The notes under the pieces: generated by a model
What the model was told of the DNA's origin: nothing
Seen by the model: the letters and a program-made list of their open reading frames with translations, nothing else
The model's database searches: none
Source of the DNA: Lama glama
Taxonomy: Eukaryota
Assembly (NCBI GenBank): GCA_028534125.1
Contig: CM052818.1
Location: forward strand, 19,718,001 to 19,782,000
Length of the DNA: 64,000 nt
Direction of reading: 5' to 3'
Made by a program: the position numbers and the translations under genes
Part shown: in pieces, positions 10,781 through 23,640 of the stretch
Numbering within the stretch: position 1 is the first letter of the stretch
How the letters are laid out: every line of letters begins with the position of its first letter

Positions 10781-12256
10781 GGAAGTCATCCCCCTGGTGG
10801 AAAGGAGTGAGAGCAGAGGCAGGGTGGGAATGAGGAGCAGGGAAGGGAAGGTGCGGCAGAAATGGAGGCAGCCCATGGGCTTCATGGGGACCTGTGGGGG
10901 GGTTGCTCCAGGGGCTTGAGATGGTCTTCCTGGGTGTCTGGTCCACAAGTAAAGCACCTGTCTTCCTCAGTTGCCAGAAGCAGTTTTGATGAAAACTGAC
11001 TCAATCTCTGCACAGAATGGATGCCTCATCCCAGGGGTTGCTAAGAGGGCAGGGTCCGTCTTTCCAACTGCACTTAGCACGGCTCAGCCCAGCCTGATTT
11101 AACTTGCTCTTCACACTCCTGCCAGTCCGAGGTCAGCCCTCCCCTGCTGCTACTGCCACAGACAAAGCTAAAGGGATAGGTAGGACACACAAACAGAGAA
11201 GTTTTCTCTGTCTCCCCCCACACCCCCAACCACAGGTCTTTCCCCTTCACTCCACCTACCCCCATCCCAGTCTCTCCTAACAAGATCCAAGGGCCCAGCT
11301 CCTTCAGTGAACTGGACCTGGCAGATGGTTGGCCGTCTCCAGCACTGATGGGAAAGCCTCTGGAGGGCACTCGGCTCAGCCTAGAGCGTGACTCCTCTTC
11401 TCCCGTTACACACCGAGCCCTCAGTGAAGTGGTTCGGAGGGGAGTTGGGGTCGTTGTAGGCTCATGGCCCCTCTGGCCTGGCCATTGGGGTTGTGCTGGG
11501 ACACCAGCAGGGCTCCAAAGTGCCCCTAGGTTCGCTTTAAAGGTTGTGAGGAGGTTCCTGAAAGACCCAGCACATGTGAGTCTCATGAGAAAGCAGGTAT
11601 AGTGGGGCCTTTCTCTGTTCCCTCCTTCAGAGCCAGATATCTGGGCCAGCTGGGTGCCAGGCAAGGCTGTACTTATTTTTATTCTTTTCAATTCTGTCCT
11701 TGGGCAGCACTGATGCATCTCAGCACCTCTTTAACCTCAAAGACCTGTGTGTGACTGGAGCAGACCACACACAGTATCTCTGGCTGAGCCAACTGACCTT
11801 ACCACAATGTCCTTGAGATGTTCAAGCCCTGAGAGGCCATCAAGTGGAAGGTCACATAGTCCACATGGCTCCTCATGGGTCAACGTAGGGGCCAGTCGCT
11901 GAAGAAAACATCTATGTACCCCAGTAGATTTCCTGGGGAAAGCTTCCCCATTTTGTTTCATAACTTCTCCCAATATTGGATTCCCCGTTTTCACCTCTAA
12001 TCCCCTACTACAACACAAGCCAATTCTTCTGGTCTGATCCTCAGAGACAGCTCATTGAGTAAGAAAATTCAGGCTCTGCACCTGGGAGTAGGAGGGTGGG
12101 GAAAAAAACAAAAAAAGAGGAAATTCCTACAGACGTTTCAAAAACCAACAAGCAGAACTGTGGTAGATGCATCCATAACATGATAGCTACCATTTAGTGA
12201 GCATCTACTCTGTATTAGGCACCCTTTGTGAATTTTACAGACATCTCATTTGACCA

Positions 12257-12690
12257 TGCCAACCTTAAAAATAAAACAGTTATTTTACCAGCAAAATGGG
12301 TTTATTTGGGAATAGCTGAGGAATTGGCAATGCCAGACAGGCAAGCTGTAGCAAACCATGGGCAAGTCTGGAGAACAAAGGAGAGGAATGTAACTTTATA
12401 GAGAAGGAGGTGGAAGTTGGGAGAGGCTGCTTGGAATGAAAATCCATGCTTGGAAATTGAGAGTTTAGGGTGGTGATGGTTTCTCATTGCTGAGTTGTGG
12501 CAGTTTCTCATTGTCTGGGCTGTTGCTAGGCAAAGAGAAAATCTTCCTTCCTCCTACTAGAGTAGGAAGGTAAGCTTCCTTCTGCCCATAATTATAAAGT
12601 AAAATGCAACTGGTGGTGTGTACATGATATCTTCTCCTTCAGGGCTTCTTGATTCTATTTAAAATGAGGTTTCCTTTATTAATTTTCACA
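12257..12690 (-). mobile_element. ERV1-class solo LTR inserted in a MIR
   Basis: TG...CA termini, minus-strand AATAAA at about 12300-12305, near-4-bp TSD (acca/atca); the flanks 12180-12256 and 12691-12810 join into a MIR ('catctcatttga...tacaaatgaggaaactggagctcagaga'). Confidence 0.6.
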
Positions 12691-14389
12691 ATCATCATGT
12701 GTAGGCCTCATTATCTAGTCTACAAATGAGGAAACTGGAGCTCAGAGATGAAATTACTTGCCTGATGTCACAGTAGTCAAGGGCAAAGCTCATATCTAAA
12801 TAGAAGCTTACAATTTCAATCTTATAATATTTATCTGTTCAAGAAACATTCGTGGAGTATCTGCTACATGCCAGGCACTGTAACAGGCATTGAGAACATA
12901 GACAAATACAAACACATTGACAAATACCTCTGTCTCATTCGTTTCAGAGACATTCACAGAATCACAGCTGCAATGGAGACATAAGCAATTAATGCACAGA
13001 CGGGTAAGAGAGGCCCACAGACCCTGAGTGGCACGCTCTTGGTCAGTCAGGAAATCTGAAGACAATCTGTCTCTTGATCTCTTCTGGCTATTCCCCTCAT
13101 CTTTGAAGTAAACCTTTATTAGGCAGTCAAAAGAACCACTTATTTTCTGGATTCCTTGCCCTGAAAGTCCTCCTCACTGCTTTGGAGGGGTTTTCCTAGC
13201 CTAGGACCACTGGGCTGAAGTCCTAGGGACCCTGCTGTGTCAGCCCCTGGTGTGCAGAGCTGTCCAGGTGCCTGCTGCGTACAGGAGGCTATATTCCTTG
13301 TCCTAGACCTTCCTCTTTTGGAAGGATGTAAACGCATGGCATTAATTTTTTTAATGCATGGTATTTATAAGTTTTTTTTTCCTCCTGGGGCTATACCATG
13401 TTCTGAAATGTGAACATGGCAAGCGGGATGGATACATTTTTAGATCAGTAAGTACAACCAGATGTGTGGACGGGGCTGAAGAGACACAATAAGCTTTTGT
13501 GAGGGATGCAGAGCCCTTAGACAATCCTGGGGAGGTGAGTTCATGACTGGCAAACATTCCACAAGTCTAGGTACCAGCTCCACAGACTCCCTGCCAGACT
13601 GGGGCCCTGTCCTGCGTTCATTTAGGTCTCATGACAGCAGATAATAGCCAGGCGCTTGGCACAGTTCTCTCTCATCTTACTCCAACAATCACACCCATGG
13701 AACTGATTGGGAAACTGTGGCTCAGTCTGGCTAAGTAACTGGGCCAGAGTCACACAGGTGGGCAGCAGGCAGGGCTGCTCAGACCTGGCTGGGTGGGCTC
13801 CACAGTCCTTTTTACTTCAGACCATCACACTGTTGCTCTAGACCAGGTTCTTTTCCCTGGGAGCTTGTTGGCCAGGGGCAGGAGACCTGTGGGGCTTCAG
13901 GACGCTTGGGAGGCTCCAAGGTAATGGACAACGAGAAACAACTCTTGACAGTGTTGGATCAAGCAGTGATGAGGTTGCAGGAGGTGGGGGAGTAGTGCTC
14001 ATCCTTGAGGATGACACAGTGGTGCTGACTCTGAGAAAGCAAGCAGTGAGTGTTCTGGGAGTTGTGAACTGTGACCTGGAGTAACCTGGAAAGCATCCAG
14101 GGTGGAGGGCTTTAAGCTGCACCTTGAAGGATAGGAGGAATTTGGAGAGGCAGAGGGATGTGAGAAGCAAAAGAGGCTGAAAGTGTACAAAAAGAACAAA
14201 AGCACAGAGGGAAATTAAAGACGTGGGCTTGGGGAGATGAGAAATAATATTTATTAAGCACCTGTTGTGTGCCGTGAATGGTGCTAGGGGGCTTGTATAT
14301 ATTGTCTTATTTATTTAAATCAATTGTATTTAGTTTTAGCTTTGTATTTAGTTTAGAAAATGCACAAATTTTAAATGGATAGCACTGTC

Positions 14390-15392
14390 CTAGTCACTTG
14401 TGCAATAATATCAAGCAGCCCATGAAGCTGGAGTTCCAGAAAGATGAGAGGAGGAAACAAAAAATGTTTGAAAAAATTTTGGCCAAATTTCTTCCCCCAA
14501 ATTTGACGAGAACTATAAATTCCTACAGATCCAAATGTCTCACACCATGACACAATATGATCAAGTTTCTGAAAAACAGTGACAAATGGAACTTCTTTAA
14601 ATCATCCAGAGGGGGGAAAAAGATACATTTTGTACAAAGGAACAGAGATAAAACTTATCACAGACTTATTATAAGAGTGCAACCCAGAAGACAGTGGAAT
14701 GCATCTTTAAACGTTGAAAGAAAAAGAAAGTGCTAACTCAGAATTTTAAATCTAGCAAAAATGTAATTTAAAAATGGTGAAATGATGACTTTTTCAGACA
14801 GACAAAAGATGAGAGCATTTGTTGCCAATAAGCCAATATTAAAAAATATTAAAGTTCTTCAGGCAGTAGGAGAATGATGCCAGATGGAAACTTGGATCAA
14901 CACAAAGGACTGGAGAGATCAGGAAATGGTAAATAATGTGGGTAAAAATAAAAGACCTTTTTTCCCCTTTATTTAAAAATTTTAAAAGAATAATGATTTA
15001 AAGCAAAAGAATATATTATGTTAATAACATATACAGCAGTAAAATGTGTGACAACAGTAGCACAAAGTCAGGAGGGGACATTGAAGCATAGGGTTGGAAG
15101 GCTTCTATTATTGTATCTGAAGTAGTATAATATTGGAAGGTATACTGTGACCCATTAATTATGCATATTTTAAACTCTAGAGCATCTACTAAAAAAAAAA
15201 GACAAGGTGATACAGTCAGCAAATCTCTAGTAGAGATAAAATAGAATACTAACAAATGCACCATTAATGCAAAAGAAGACAAAGAATAAAGGGAACAGAG
15301 AATAAATGGGACAAATAGAAAATAAGTAGCAAGATGGTAGCTGTAAACCCGACTCTGTCAACAACTACATTAAGTGTAAATGATCTAAACAT
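14390..15392 (+). mobile_element. Old L1 (L1M) ORF1 to ORF2-start fragment
   Basis: 'ggagttccagaaag...cagatccaa', 'agaagacagtggaatgcatctttaaacgttgaaagaa' (ORF1) and 'acattaagtgtaaatgatctaaac' (decayed endonuclease-start TLNVNGLN). Confidence 0.75.
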
Positions 15393-18044
15393 CTTCCCTT
15401 GCTGAAGAGATGTTTTTCAAAAAGAGACCTCCCCACCTGCCTTGAGCTGGCTCAGGGAAGATGGGTTTAGTGCAAGGGTCTAAGAAGAAGGGATGGTGAC
15501 CCCTACAACAGGAGCCTGACTCAGCTGGCTCTCATGGGAGCGGGGACTGAGATGGGAAAGCCATCCCATGCTAAGGCCACACTCCCCATCTTTTCAGGAA
15601 CCCATGACCTCTAGTTGTTGCTGTTGTCAGAATGTCTCCCTCATGCCCTCATCTCACATGTGACCACCACGCTGGTCTCTTGCTCTGTCCTCTTTCTGTA
15701 CCACAACCTTCTGCTTCTGTTTCCATTTCCCAAACGTCACCTCTCGGGTTCCCACACTGACGGCCTGAAAGAGGAATCTTAGTGGCCCAGACTGTGTGTT
15801 TCACCAGGCCACAACTCAGCGGTCTTGGGAGAGGTCGCTTAGGACAGAGGCCCACCTGGTCTAGGTAGTTGTACCTGAGATGGGTGAGGAGGCAGGTTCT
15901 TATGGGAGTTGGGTGTGGAGGGTGAAGCAGTATTGGCCTCCCAGCTGACAGCTTTTTCCTCAATGGAAACAGAGGAGACAAAAGCCATTCTTTTGAGCAT
16001 TCTGAGATGGGCTTCTCATAATACTCTCCAAAGAGAAGAAAAAGTCCTCTATAAAATCCAGGTTAATTCTGTGGTGATTGGAATATTAGAGAATTCACAG
16101 AGAAAAAGCTTCTGAGAGGCAATGGCTAGACTGAGACCCCGAAGGTTTGAAAAGGAGCTGAGAGAACATGAGTTCTTACTGTCTTTGCCCTCCTGGAGAA
16201 TTAGGCCTAACACTGAGACATTCATTCATAATTGATTCTCGTATTAAAGATCTTCCTTTTTGTCTGATTCCAGCAGAGGAGTTTCATAATTTGCTTTGCT
16301 AAATTGTCACTTTTCTGGGAGGAAGCTGAGAAGGTTAGAGTGACATGTTGGTCAGGACAGGTTGTGATTCCCTGAAGTTGTTGGACATGATAAGCAGGCA
16401 GGTGTTTGAGCAGAAGGGGCATTGATCCACCCTGACTCCCGGATCCTCACTGCCCCAAGGGGGAGACCTCAGGCCACCCCTGGGATTCTGAGTCTCACGT
16501 CCATAAGGCAGGCTTTACTCCACGTGGCCATGCCTGGAAGGATTTGGAGTCAGCAGGGATGGAGAAGGGCCCCTGCTTCCAGCTCCACAGCCAGTCCTGC
16601 CAGGAAGGCTTGGAGCTGTTCCCTGGCCTGGACCACCCCTGGGAAGCAACAGGCTAAGGGCTCTGAGCCAGGGCACCAGAATGGCTGGAAGGGTCACCGA
16701 ATTCTGCCAGAGCTGAAGTTAACATGGCCACAGAGCAGCCACCTCACCAAGGTCAGGAGAGCAGAAAGCCCAGCCCTGTTCACACAGTATCTGAGAGACC
16801 AACCACACTTTATTATTATTGCTTTCTTCATATTAACACAAGCCTTTTCAACATCCTAAACACATATTTGGAAGCTGCATCAGGCCATAAAAATACAAAA
16901 CCTACAAAGAGTTGGCCATTTGTCTGGGCTTTGAGAGATTCAGATGGACTTGAGACTGGTCACGCTTGATCCTGAGCTGGGCCCTGAGTCACCAGGTTGC
17001 CCACCCTTGGCAAGGCCAGACAGCGGCCAGGTGCCAATGTTCTACCCAAACGCTGCCATCTCCGGAACCACTTGCAAGAATGAGGTCTTGGAAATCTGCT
17101 TGATAAAGAGAGCTTTCTGTTAGAAGGTCCAGCCAGCTGTGGTGGGGGCCTGAGAGGACAGGTGCCAAGGAATCGAGGGGGAAGCACTGGCTGGGCCTCA
17201 CATATCTGCATCCAGGTGCTGGTTTTCTGCCCCCAGGGGCCAGCCCTGCCCACTCTTGTCTTGTGCTAACTGGCCCGAGTGGAGGAGCTGCACCCTCCGG
17301 GGTCTTGCTGCTCGGAGTGAAGCCCCGTCCCACTCTTCTAGGTGCCGCTACGTATGGCTGGGTCACCTCGGGCACAGTAGCCAGCAACTCAGAAATGGAA
17401 ATACTAGCCCCTGCTTTTCTGCAAGAGGCTATTTTATCAGCACAAAATGAAAGAGCTACGTAGATGGCCAGGCACCGAAAAATGTGACAATGGCTCTTGT
17501 TGAAATGACATTTAACCCAGAGGGTATATTTTATTACCCACAAAAGTCTGGTCTCCTCTAAGGAGTAAGGACAATGGACATTCCAGAGGAAAAATGTAAA
17601 ACAAGAAATACTGGCCCAACAGCAAGCCAGAAAATGGCATTTCCAGTTCCAGCCCTTAAAAGTCTTGAATGAGCTGACTGGGTGACTGTGGCCTCCCTGG
17701 CGTTCGCTTGGCGGCCCACTGGCACAGTCCCCTTTGCTGGCAGAGGCAGGTCTCACTCCCGATTCCTTCCCCACACACCAGGTATAGCACCACTGGACTC
17801 ACCCTGAGCCCCCTTTCATCAGAGAAACGCCTAATGTTCCGCTGCCCCTCGGCTTCCCACTTCCTCCCGCCTACCTTCCAGACGAGAATCATGCCAGGCC
17901 CCCGGCCTGAAATGCCATCCACTGACTTCAAATCCCAATCCCATTCCTCCTCAAGCCACCCCCAGGGGTCTCCCGACTCCTCCAGGCAGAGGGATCCACT
18001 GGCTCAGACGCCCAGCACCTTTGGATGGGGGATTGCCGTCTGTC

Positions 18045-18490
18045 CCAGCGTGGATGCCCCCTAGAGCAGACTCTATACAAGGATTTGGGTGCAAGTTGTT
18101 CATTTGGGAGATGATTCCCAGGAGCATGGAAAGGGACTGAGGGAGAGAGACAGGGGAGGGAGGAGACCACTCAGGGTGACATCAGTCAGCTCTGGGCCCT
18201 GAGCTCAGGCAACTGAGAGGCCATCCTGCCGAGAACCCACCAATGGTCAGTGTATGATGTGCCTCAGAGTCCAAGGCAAGGAGGCTAGAGCAGTGAGGAA
18301 GCTGGGGTATTTCCACCCATTCTGGTCCCTTGTGGTTTGAGGGGTGCCTCTGAAAGGCATTAACTCCCCCAGACTTTCAATTTGACCTGCCCACAGCCAG
18401 ATTGTGCTCTGGGGGCCAGACAAAGCCTGGGGATAGAATCTCTGCTTGAGGCAGGAAGTCACCTGCATATGTTATCCTCTGAGCCCATAG
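18045..18490 (-). mobile_element. ERVL LTR (LTR16-like)
   Basis: 'ccctagagcagactctatacaaggatttgggtgcaagttgttcatttgggagatgattcccagg' and 'gctggggtatttccaccc' resemble antisense LTR16-group consensus. Confidence 0.6.
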
Positions 18491-19764
18491 GTGACTTCCC
18501 AGTGGGCTGAGGAAATGTACGTGGGACACAGTGTCACAGCGACCAAGGCCCCCATGCGGGCTCTCACTGAAGGTGCTGATGTCATCGCTGGTGACTCAAA
18601 AGCTGGCCCTGCCCTCAGAGCCAACCCTCAGCAGCTACCTCTGCCTCTAAGCCTCGCCCTCCTTTTCAGTTGAAAATGGGGTCCCCGTACGTTCTGTTTC
18701 AAGACTGTTGTGAGCCCTGGGGGAAATGGAGGAGAACACTGGAGAGGACTCTAGAAATTCAAGTGAACAGCAAGATGTCTGCCAACCCTCCAAGTGGTAC
18801 TCCTACCCCAGCTCTGAACCCTACTGCACAAACCAGAAAGTCTTCTGAAGTGGCACTGCTGTGTGCTTTTTGAGATAAATGAAATGTGCCAAAACTTATA
18901 TTATTATTTAATTCATTGACTGCATGCTGCAGTTACTGTTATACCCTTGATCAACCATTATGGAAGTTTCAGTATTAATAACTGGTGTGCCTGCAGTGGC
19001 GTATTCTTGCTGATTATCCCTGCCGATATCTTATATGCCTGATTCCAAATGTTTTCCCAGCTTCCAGCTCCTCCTGTTCCTTCCCTTTTCCCTCTTTCCT
19101 ACCAGCACACACTGCATTCTCCCAACGAGGAGACTCTCCTAGGACGTGATTTCACCCTAGCCTTTGTGGAATGCTGTCCCACTAACTCATTGTGGAATAT
19201 CCCATTCAACTTTGTGGAGACTGCCTCCCACCAACTCATTGATAAAAGCAGTTTGTCCTGATAGCTATTTGTACAATGATGCATGGTTAATTGTTTCAGA
19301 GGTGGGTCAATTGGCTAGAAATTTAGAATAGGGACTTAGCAAGAGAGAAGTCAGACTGTCTCCAGGTGGCTGGGTATGTAACATAGACTCAAGAGCTAGA
19401 GAGAAACGAGGGGCCAGTCTTTGCCACCCCACTCTCCATTCTAAATTGGGGTGCTAGACCACCAAAGCAGAACTTGCAGAGGAGGTGGACCAAATGTGCT
19501 CCACCAATATGGCCTCCTCTTTTATTCCACAGCAATGTTTTGTAGTAACATTTTTTTTGTTAAATTTATTCCTAGGTACTTGATTTTTTTTTAATCCTAC
19601 TGTAAATGGTATTTAGTTTTAACAGAATGATGTGGATTGTTCGGAAACCTGGCAATCTTGTCTCTGACTTTTGAGGCTAGTGGAGGGGTTTGGGCCAAAA
19701 GAGAGAAAGCAGGCTCTAATGCCACCTAGTCAGTACTTTTGCTTCATTCCTTTGTGATGATTTG

Positions 19765-20995
19765 TTTCACTCTGATATCATTTCCTTCTGTCTGAAAAAC
19801 TTCCATTAGCATTTCTTTGTGCAGGTCTGTTGGTGTCAAATTCTCATAGTTTTCTTTTATCTGAAAATGTCCATATTTTGCCTTGACTCTTGAAGGATAT
19901 TTTTGCTAGATAAAGGATTTGAGGCTGACAGATTTCCTTTTAGTACTTCGGCAATATTGTTCCACTCTCTCCTGGCCTTCATAGTTTCAGATAAGAAGTC
20001 ATCCATTTATTGAATTGTTGTTTCTTGAATGTGATATGCTGTTCTTTTCTTGCTACCTCAGCAAGGTTTTCTCTTTTTATTTGGCTTTCAATACTTTGAC
20101 TATAATATGCTTTAGCACAGCCTGCTTGGTGTTCTTTGAATACTTAGAATCCATAGATTTATGTTTTCAACAAATTGGAGAAATTTCCAGTCATTATTTC
20201 TTCAACTATGGTTTTTTAATCCTGCCCTATTTTCTTTCTATTCCCCTTCTGGAATTTCAATTACATATATTTTCAACTGACATTATCTAAAATATATCTG
20301 AGATGCTGTTTATTTTTTCAATCTTAAAAAAACAATCTGTTCTTCATATTGGATAGTTTCTATTGATCAACTTCAAGTTAACTTACTTTTTCCTTTGTTG
20401 TCTCCATTCTGCTGTTAAATTTATAAAGTAGATTTTCTATTTTTTTTCTTCTTTTCTTTTTAAAGCAGGCAGTTATCTCTGTTGAACTCAGACTTCAGCA
20501 AACCCTGTTTTTGGGCCACCACATCCAACTTCAATTCAGATCTCTTGTCCTCAGCAGAGCTGCAATGAGTTTGTTCCACATAAGTGTGATTCAGAGGCCA
20601 GTAGAGATGTGGGCAGGCAGAATCTGGGGATCCCCTCTCCAGCTCCTTCTCTTCTGGGAGTCCCCCTCCAGCAGCTCTTGTTCTCCCATAGTCAGCCTTC
20701 TGGTTCCCCAGAAAGACAGCAGTTATTCCACCAGCACACCCACTGTCCCACGTGCCACACTGCCTGTGCCTGGTTCTAGTCTAAAAGCTGTGGAAGTGAC
20801 CATTTGTTCCACATGACTCCCCTTCTCCAAGCATGGATTTCTCACCAGTATCTGCCTGCTTTCGTTCCCTCTCCAGTGCCTTCAGTGGCTGTGTTTTACT
20901 TTAATTATCGTTTGCATTCTGTACAGAGTTTATAGTTATTATCTGCAGGAGGGTTGGTCCAGTAGGGTCTTTCTCAGGCAGTATCAGAAGTGTAA
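19765..20995 (-). mobile_element. Old L1 (L1M) 5'/ORF1 fragment
   Basis: 'tttgccttgactcttgaaggatatttttgctagata', 'aaattggagaaatttccagtcattatttcttc', 'cccttctggaatttcaattaca' are antisense ORF1 landmarks. Confidence 0.75.
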
Positions 20996-20999
20996 GTTC

Positions 21000-21152
21000 T
21001 TGAGTTTAAAATTTAGCCTCACTAGTCTCTAGCTTTGTGACCTCAGGCTAGCTGATTAACTTCTCCAAACCTCAGTGTACACATCTGTAAACTGGGATAA
21101 TAATAAGCACTTACCATATAGGATGGTTATGAGGATTAAAAGAGATGACACT
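21000..21152 (+). mobile_element. MIR SINE (host of the gap-adjacent L1)
   Basis: 'ctagctttgtgacctcaggc...taacttctccaaacctcagtgtacacatctgtaaactgggataataataagcacttaccatataggatggttatgaggattaaa'. Confidence 0.8.
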
Positions 21153-21297
21153 TATTCAACACCCATTTATGATAAAAACTCTCGCCAAAGTGGGTATAGA
21201 GGGAACATATCTCAACATAATAAAAGCTATATATGACAAACCTACAGCCAGCATAGTTCTCAACGGTGAAAAACTCAAAAGCTTCCCACTAAAATCT
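21153..21297 (+). mobile_element. Young L1 ORF2 (RT) fragment running into the assembly gap
   Basis: Open frame [48 protein letters not shown], a well-known L1 RT segment. Confidence 0.95.
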
Positions 21298-21797
21298 NNN
21301 NNNNNNNNNNNNNNNNNNNNNNNNNNNNNNNNNNNNNNNNNNNNNNNNNNNNNNNNNNNNNNNNNNNNNNNNNNNNNNNNNNNNNNNNNNNNNNNNNNNN
21401 NNNNNNNNNNNNNNNNNNNNNNNNNNNNNNNNNNNNNNNNNNNNNNNNNNNNNNNNNNNNNNNNNNNNNNNNNNNNNNNNNNNNNNNNNNNNNNNNNNNN
21501 NNNNNNNNNNNNNNNNNNNNNNNNNNNNNNNNNNNNNNNNNNNNNNNNNNNNNNNNNNNNNNNNNNNNNNNNNNNNNNNNNNNNNNNNNNNNNNNNNNNN
21601 NNNNNNNNNNNNNNNNNNNNNNNNNNNNNNNNNNNNNNNNNNNNNNNNNNNNNNNNNNNNNNNNNNNNNNNNNNNNNNNNNNNNNNNNNNNNNNNNNNNN
21701 NNNNNNNNNNNNNNNNNNNNNNNNNNNNNNNNNNNNNNNNNNNNNNNNNNNNNNNNNNNNNNNNNNNNNNNNNNNNNNNNNNNNNNNNNNNNNNNNN
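21298..21797. other. Assembly gap (500 N)
   Basis: Run of exactly 500 n. Confidence 1.
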
Positions 21798-22425
21798 TCA
21801 TCTACTGAGTAGCTACTATGTGCCCAGCATGAGAGAGGGAGATGACAGTAAGAACTTGTTCTCAAGGAACTCACATCCTAGTTGAAACCCATGGGGCAGA
21901 GAGCAGCCCAGGGTCTTAGGAAGCATAGATACTAAGTACTGAGGAGAAGAGGAGGCAGGGAGCACATTCTCTCCCTTAAGAAGTGCACAAACTCCTTTTT
22001 CTGCTTCAGCAGCAGTTTTACCATGATGTTTTCAACAACAGGCTTGTGCAGTAGGAATTTAACAATTTCATAGTTTGGCAGCAAATGTGTTTGTGCTGGA
22101 TGAGCTTCTCAGACACATTTCCCACACCTCTTCTGTTTCCTAGTCCTAGTGAAAGACCCCCGTTGGAACCTGCATCCCCACTTGACAGTAGTCAAACATC
22201 AGTCACACCTGAGAAAGTGTAGATGCGGGAGACTCCAACTTCAGCCTCACACCAGCACCTAACCCCCGCTTCCCAGGGTTTACCAACACCTTTTACTTTG
22301 GTTTACTAAACTAATACTGATACTCTCAGGGCCAGAGCATGCCTTGTCCTGGAAAAGTGCTGAAGTAATCCCCTTTTTTAGCTTCTGGGAGTCATACTTA
22401 ACCAGGTGTATGAGCAGGTGGCCCC

Positions 22426-22770
22426 TGTCAGTCCATTCAGGCTTCTCTAACCAGATGCCAGAGAATAGGTAGCTTTATAAACAGCACAGACGCACTGCTC
22501 ACTGTTCTGGAGGCTGGATGTCTCTGATCAAGGTGCCAGTACAGTCGGGTGAGGGCCCTTGTATGGCTCGCAGACTTCTTGTTTCCTCACCCGGTGGCAG
22601 GCGCTAGGGATCTATCTGGAGTCTGTTTCTTAAGAGTATGAATCCCATTCATGAGGATTTCACTCTCAGGCCTTAAGCACTTCCTAAAGGCCCCATCTCC
22701 TAATACCCTCAACTTGTGGGTTAGATTTCAACACAGGAATTTGGGGGGACACAAGCATTTAGACCACAGC
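22426..22770 (-). mobile_element. MaLR solo LTR (MLT1A-like)
   Basis: 'ctcactgttctggaggctgg...gatcaaggtgccag...aatcccattcatgagg...aaaggccccatctcctaatacc...gttagatttcaacacaggaatttggggggacacaagcatttagaccacagc'. Confidence 0.85.
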
Positions 22771-23119
22771 TCCCCTATATGCCATGACTTGAGGGCATTA
22801 AGAGGCCTACTTCTCCCTGGGCCACATCTCTTCCTGCCTGAAATTGATTTACTAATGGGTTAGAAAAGAAAGGCATAAAGTCGCCTATTGATAGGGGCTC
22901 TACTCATTAATTCAGCAAAGTTTTAGTACTTGCGTATGAGATGCTGGGCGTTGTGGTGGGCACACGATTTGTTTGGAACTCACTCTTTAGACTTCTCCCA
23001 TTTGTTAGAGATGCTTTGGCCATTTGAAAAGACATTAAAATAAGGGAACAAAACAAGCCAAAACAGTTCTCTCAGCAGAGTTGGGAGAGGGGGGCAGTAG
23101 CAGGAAGCCCTTCATTCAA

Positions 23120-23640
23120 CTTTCTACGTGCGACACTGACTGAGTGTTGCGTGTGTGTCAGGCGCTGTGGCAGTGCCGGAGATGCAAAAGTGGATGAGAT
23201 GCTGCTCTTGCTCCTCAGGCAACTACCACCAAGTGAGGTGTCTGGTGTGAAAAACAAATGGGCTGCAATGCAGAGATCCTGGTTATAATGGAGATATGAG
23301 CAGAGTACAAAGGGGACCCAGAGCGGGTGGGAAGAGCAAGAGGAAACAACAGAGGGAGGTGAGAGGGTCAGGGTTTAAGCAGTGCTTTGCCAGGAAATGG
23401 GGGTGGCTGGACAGAGGGAAGGGCAGTGCGAGGAGAAAGAACAGCAGGCACAAACGCAGAGCTGAGCGGTGCGTTCGGGGACTGAGATCAGAGTGCGTGG
23501 CATGAGAGAGGTTCGAGGCAGTTGGCAGGGTGGTCAGTGGTCAGACCACAGAGGCCCTGGTGTCCGCCTATGGGATCTGGACTGCATGTTGTGGCCCTGG
23601 GGAGTCAGTGGAGCAGTGACCACACAAGTGATGTTCGGGG
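23120..23640 (-). mobile_element. L2 LINE fragment
   Basis: 'ctgactgagtgttgcgtgtgtgtcaggcgctgtg...gctcctcaggcaact...gagaaagaacagcaggcacaaacgcagag' antisense L2. Confidence 0.6.

Noticed and set aside
11074..11718. 214-aa minus-strand ORF
   Set aside because: No recognisable homology or exon structure; Ser/Gly/Pro/Arg-rich chance ORF.
16989..17774. 261-aa minus-strand ORF
   Set aside because: Non-ATG start, no recognisable domain, and a composition typical of chance ORFs in GC-rich DNA.
21145..21885. 246-, 199- and 170-aa ORFs
   Set aside because: Artefacts of translating through the N gap; only the first ~50 aa (L1 RT) are real.
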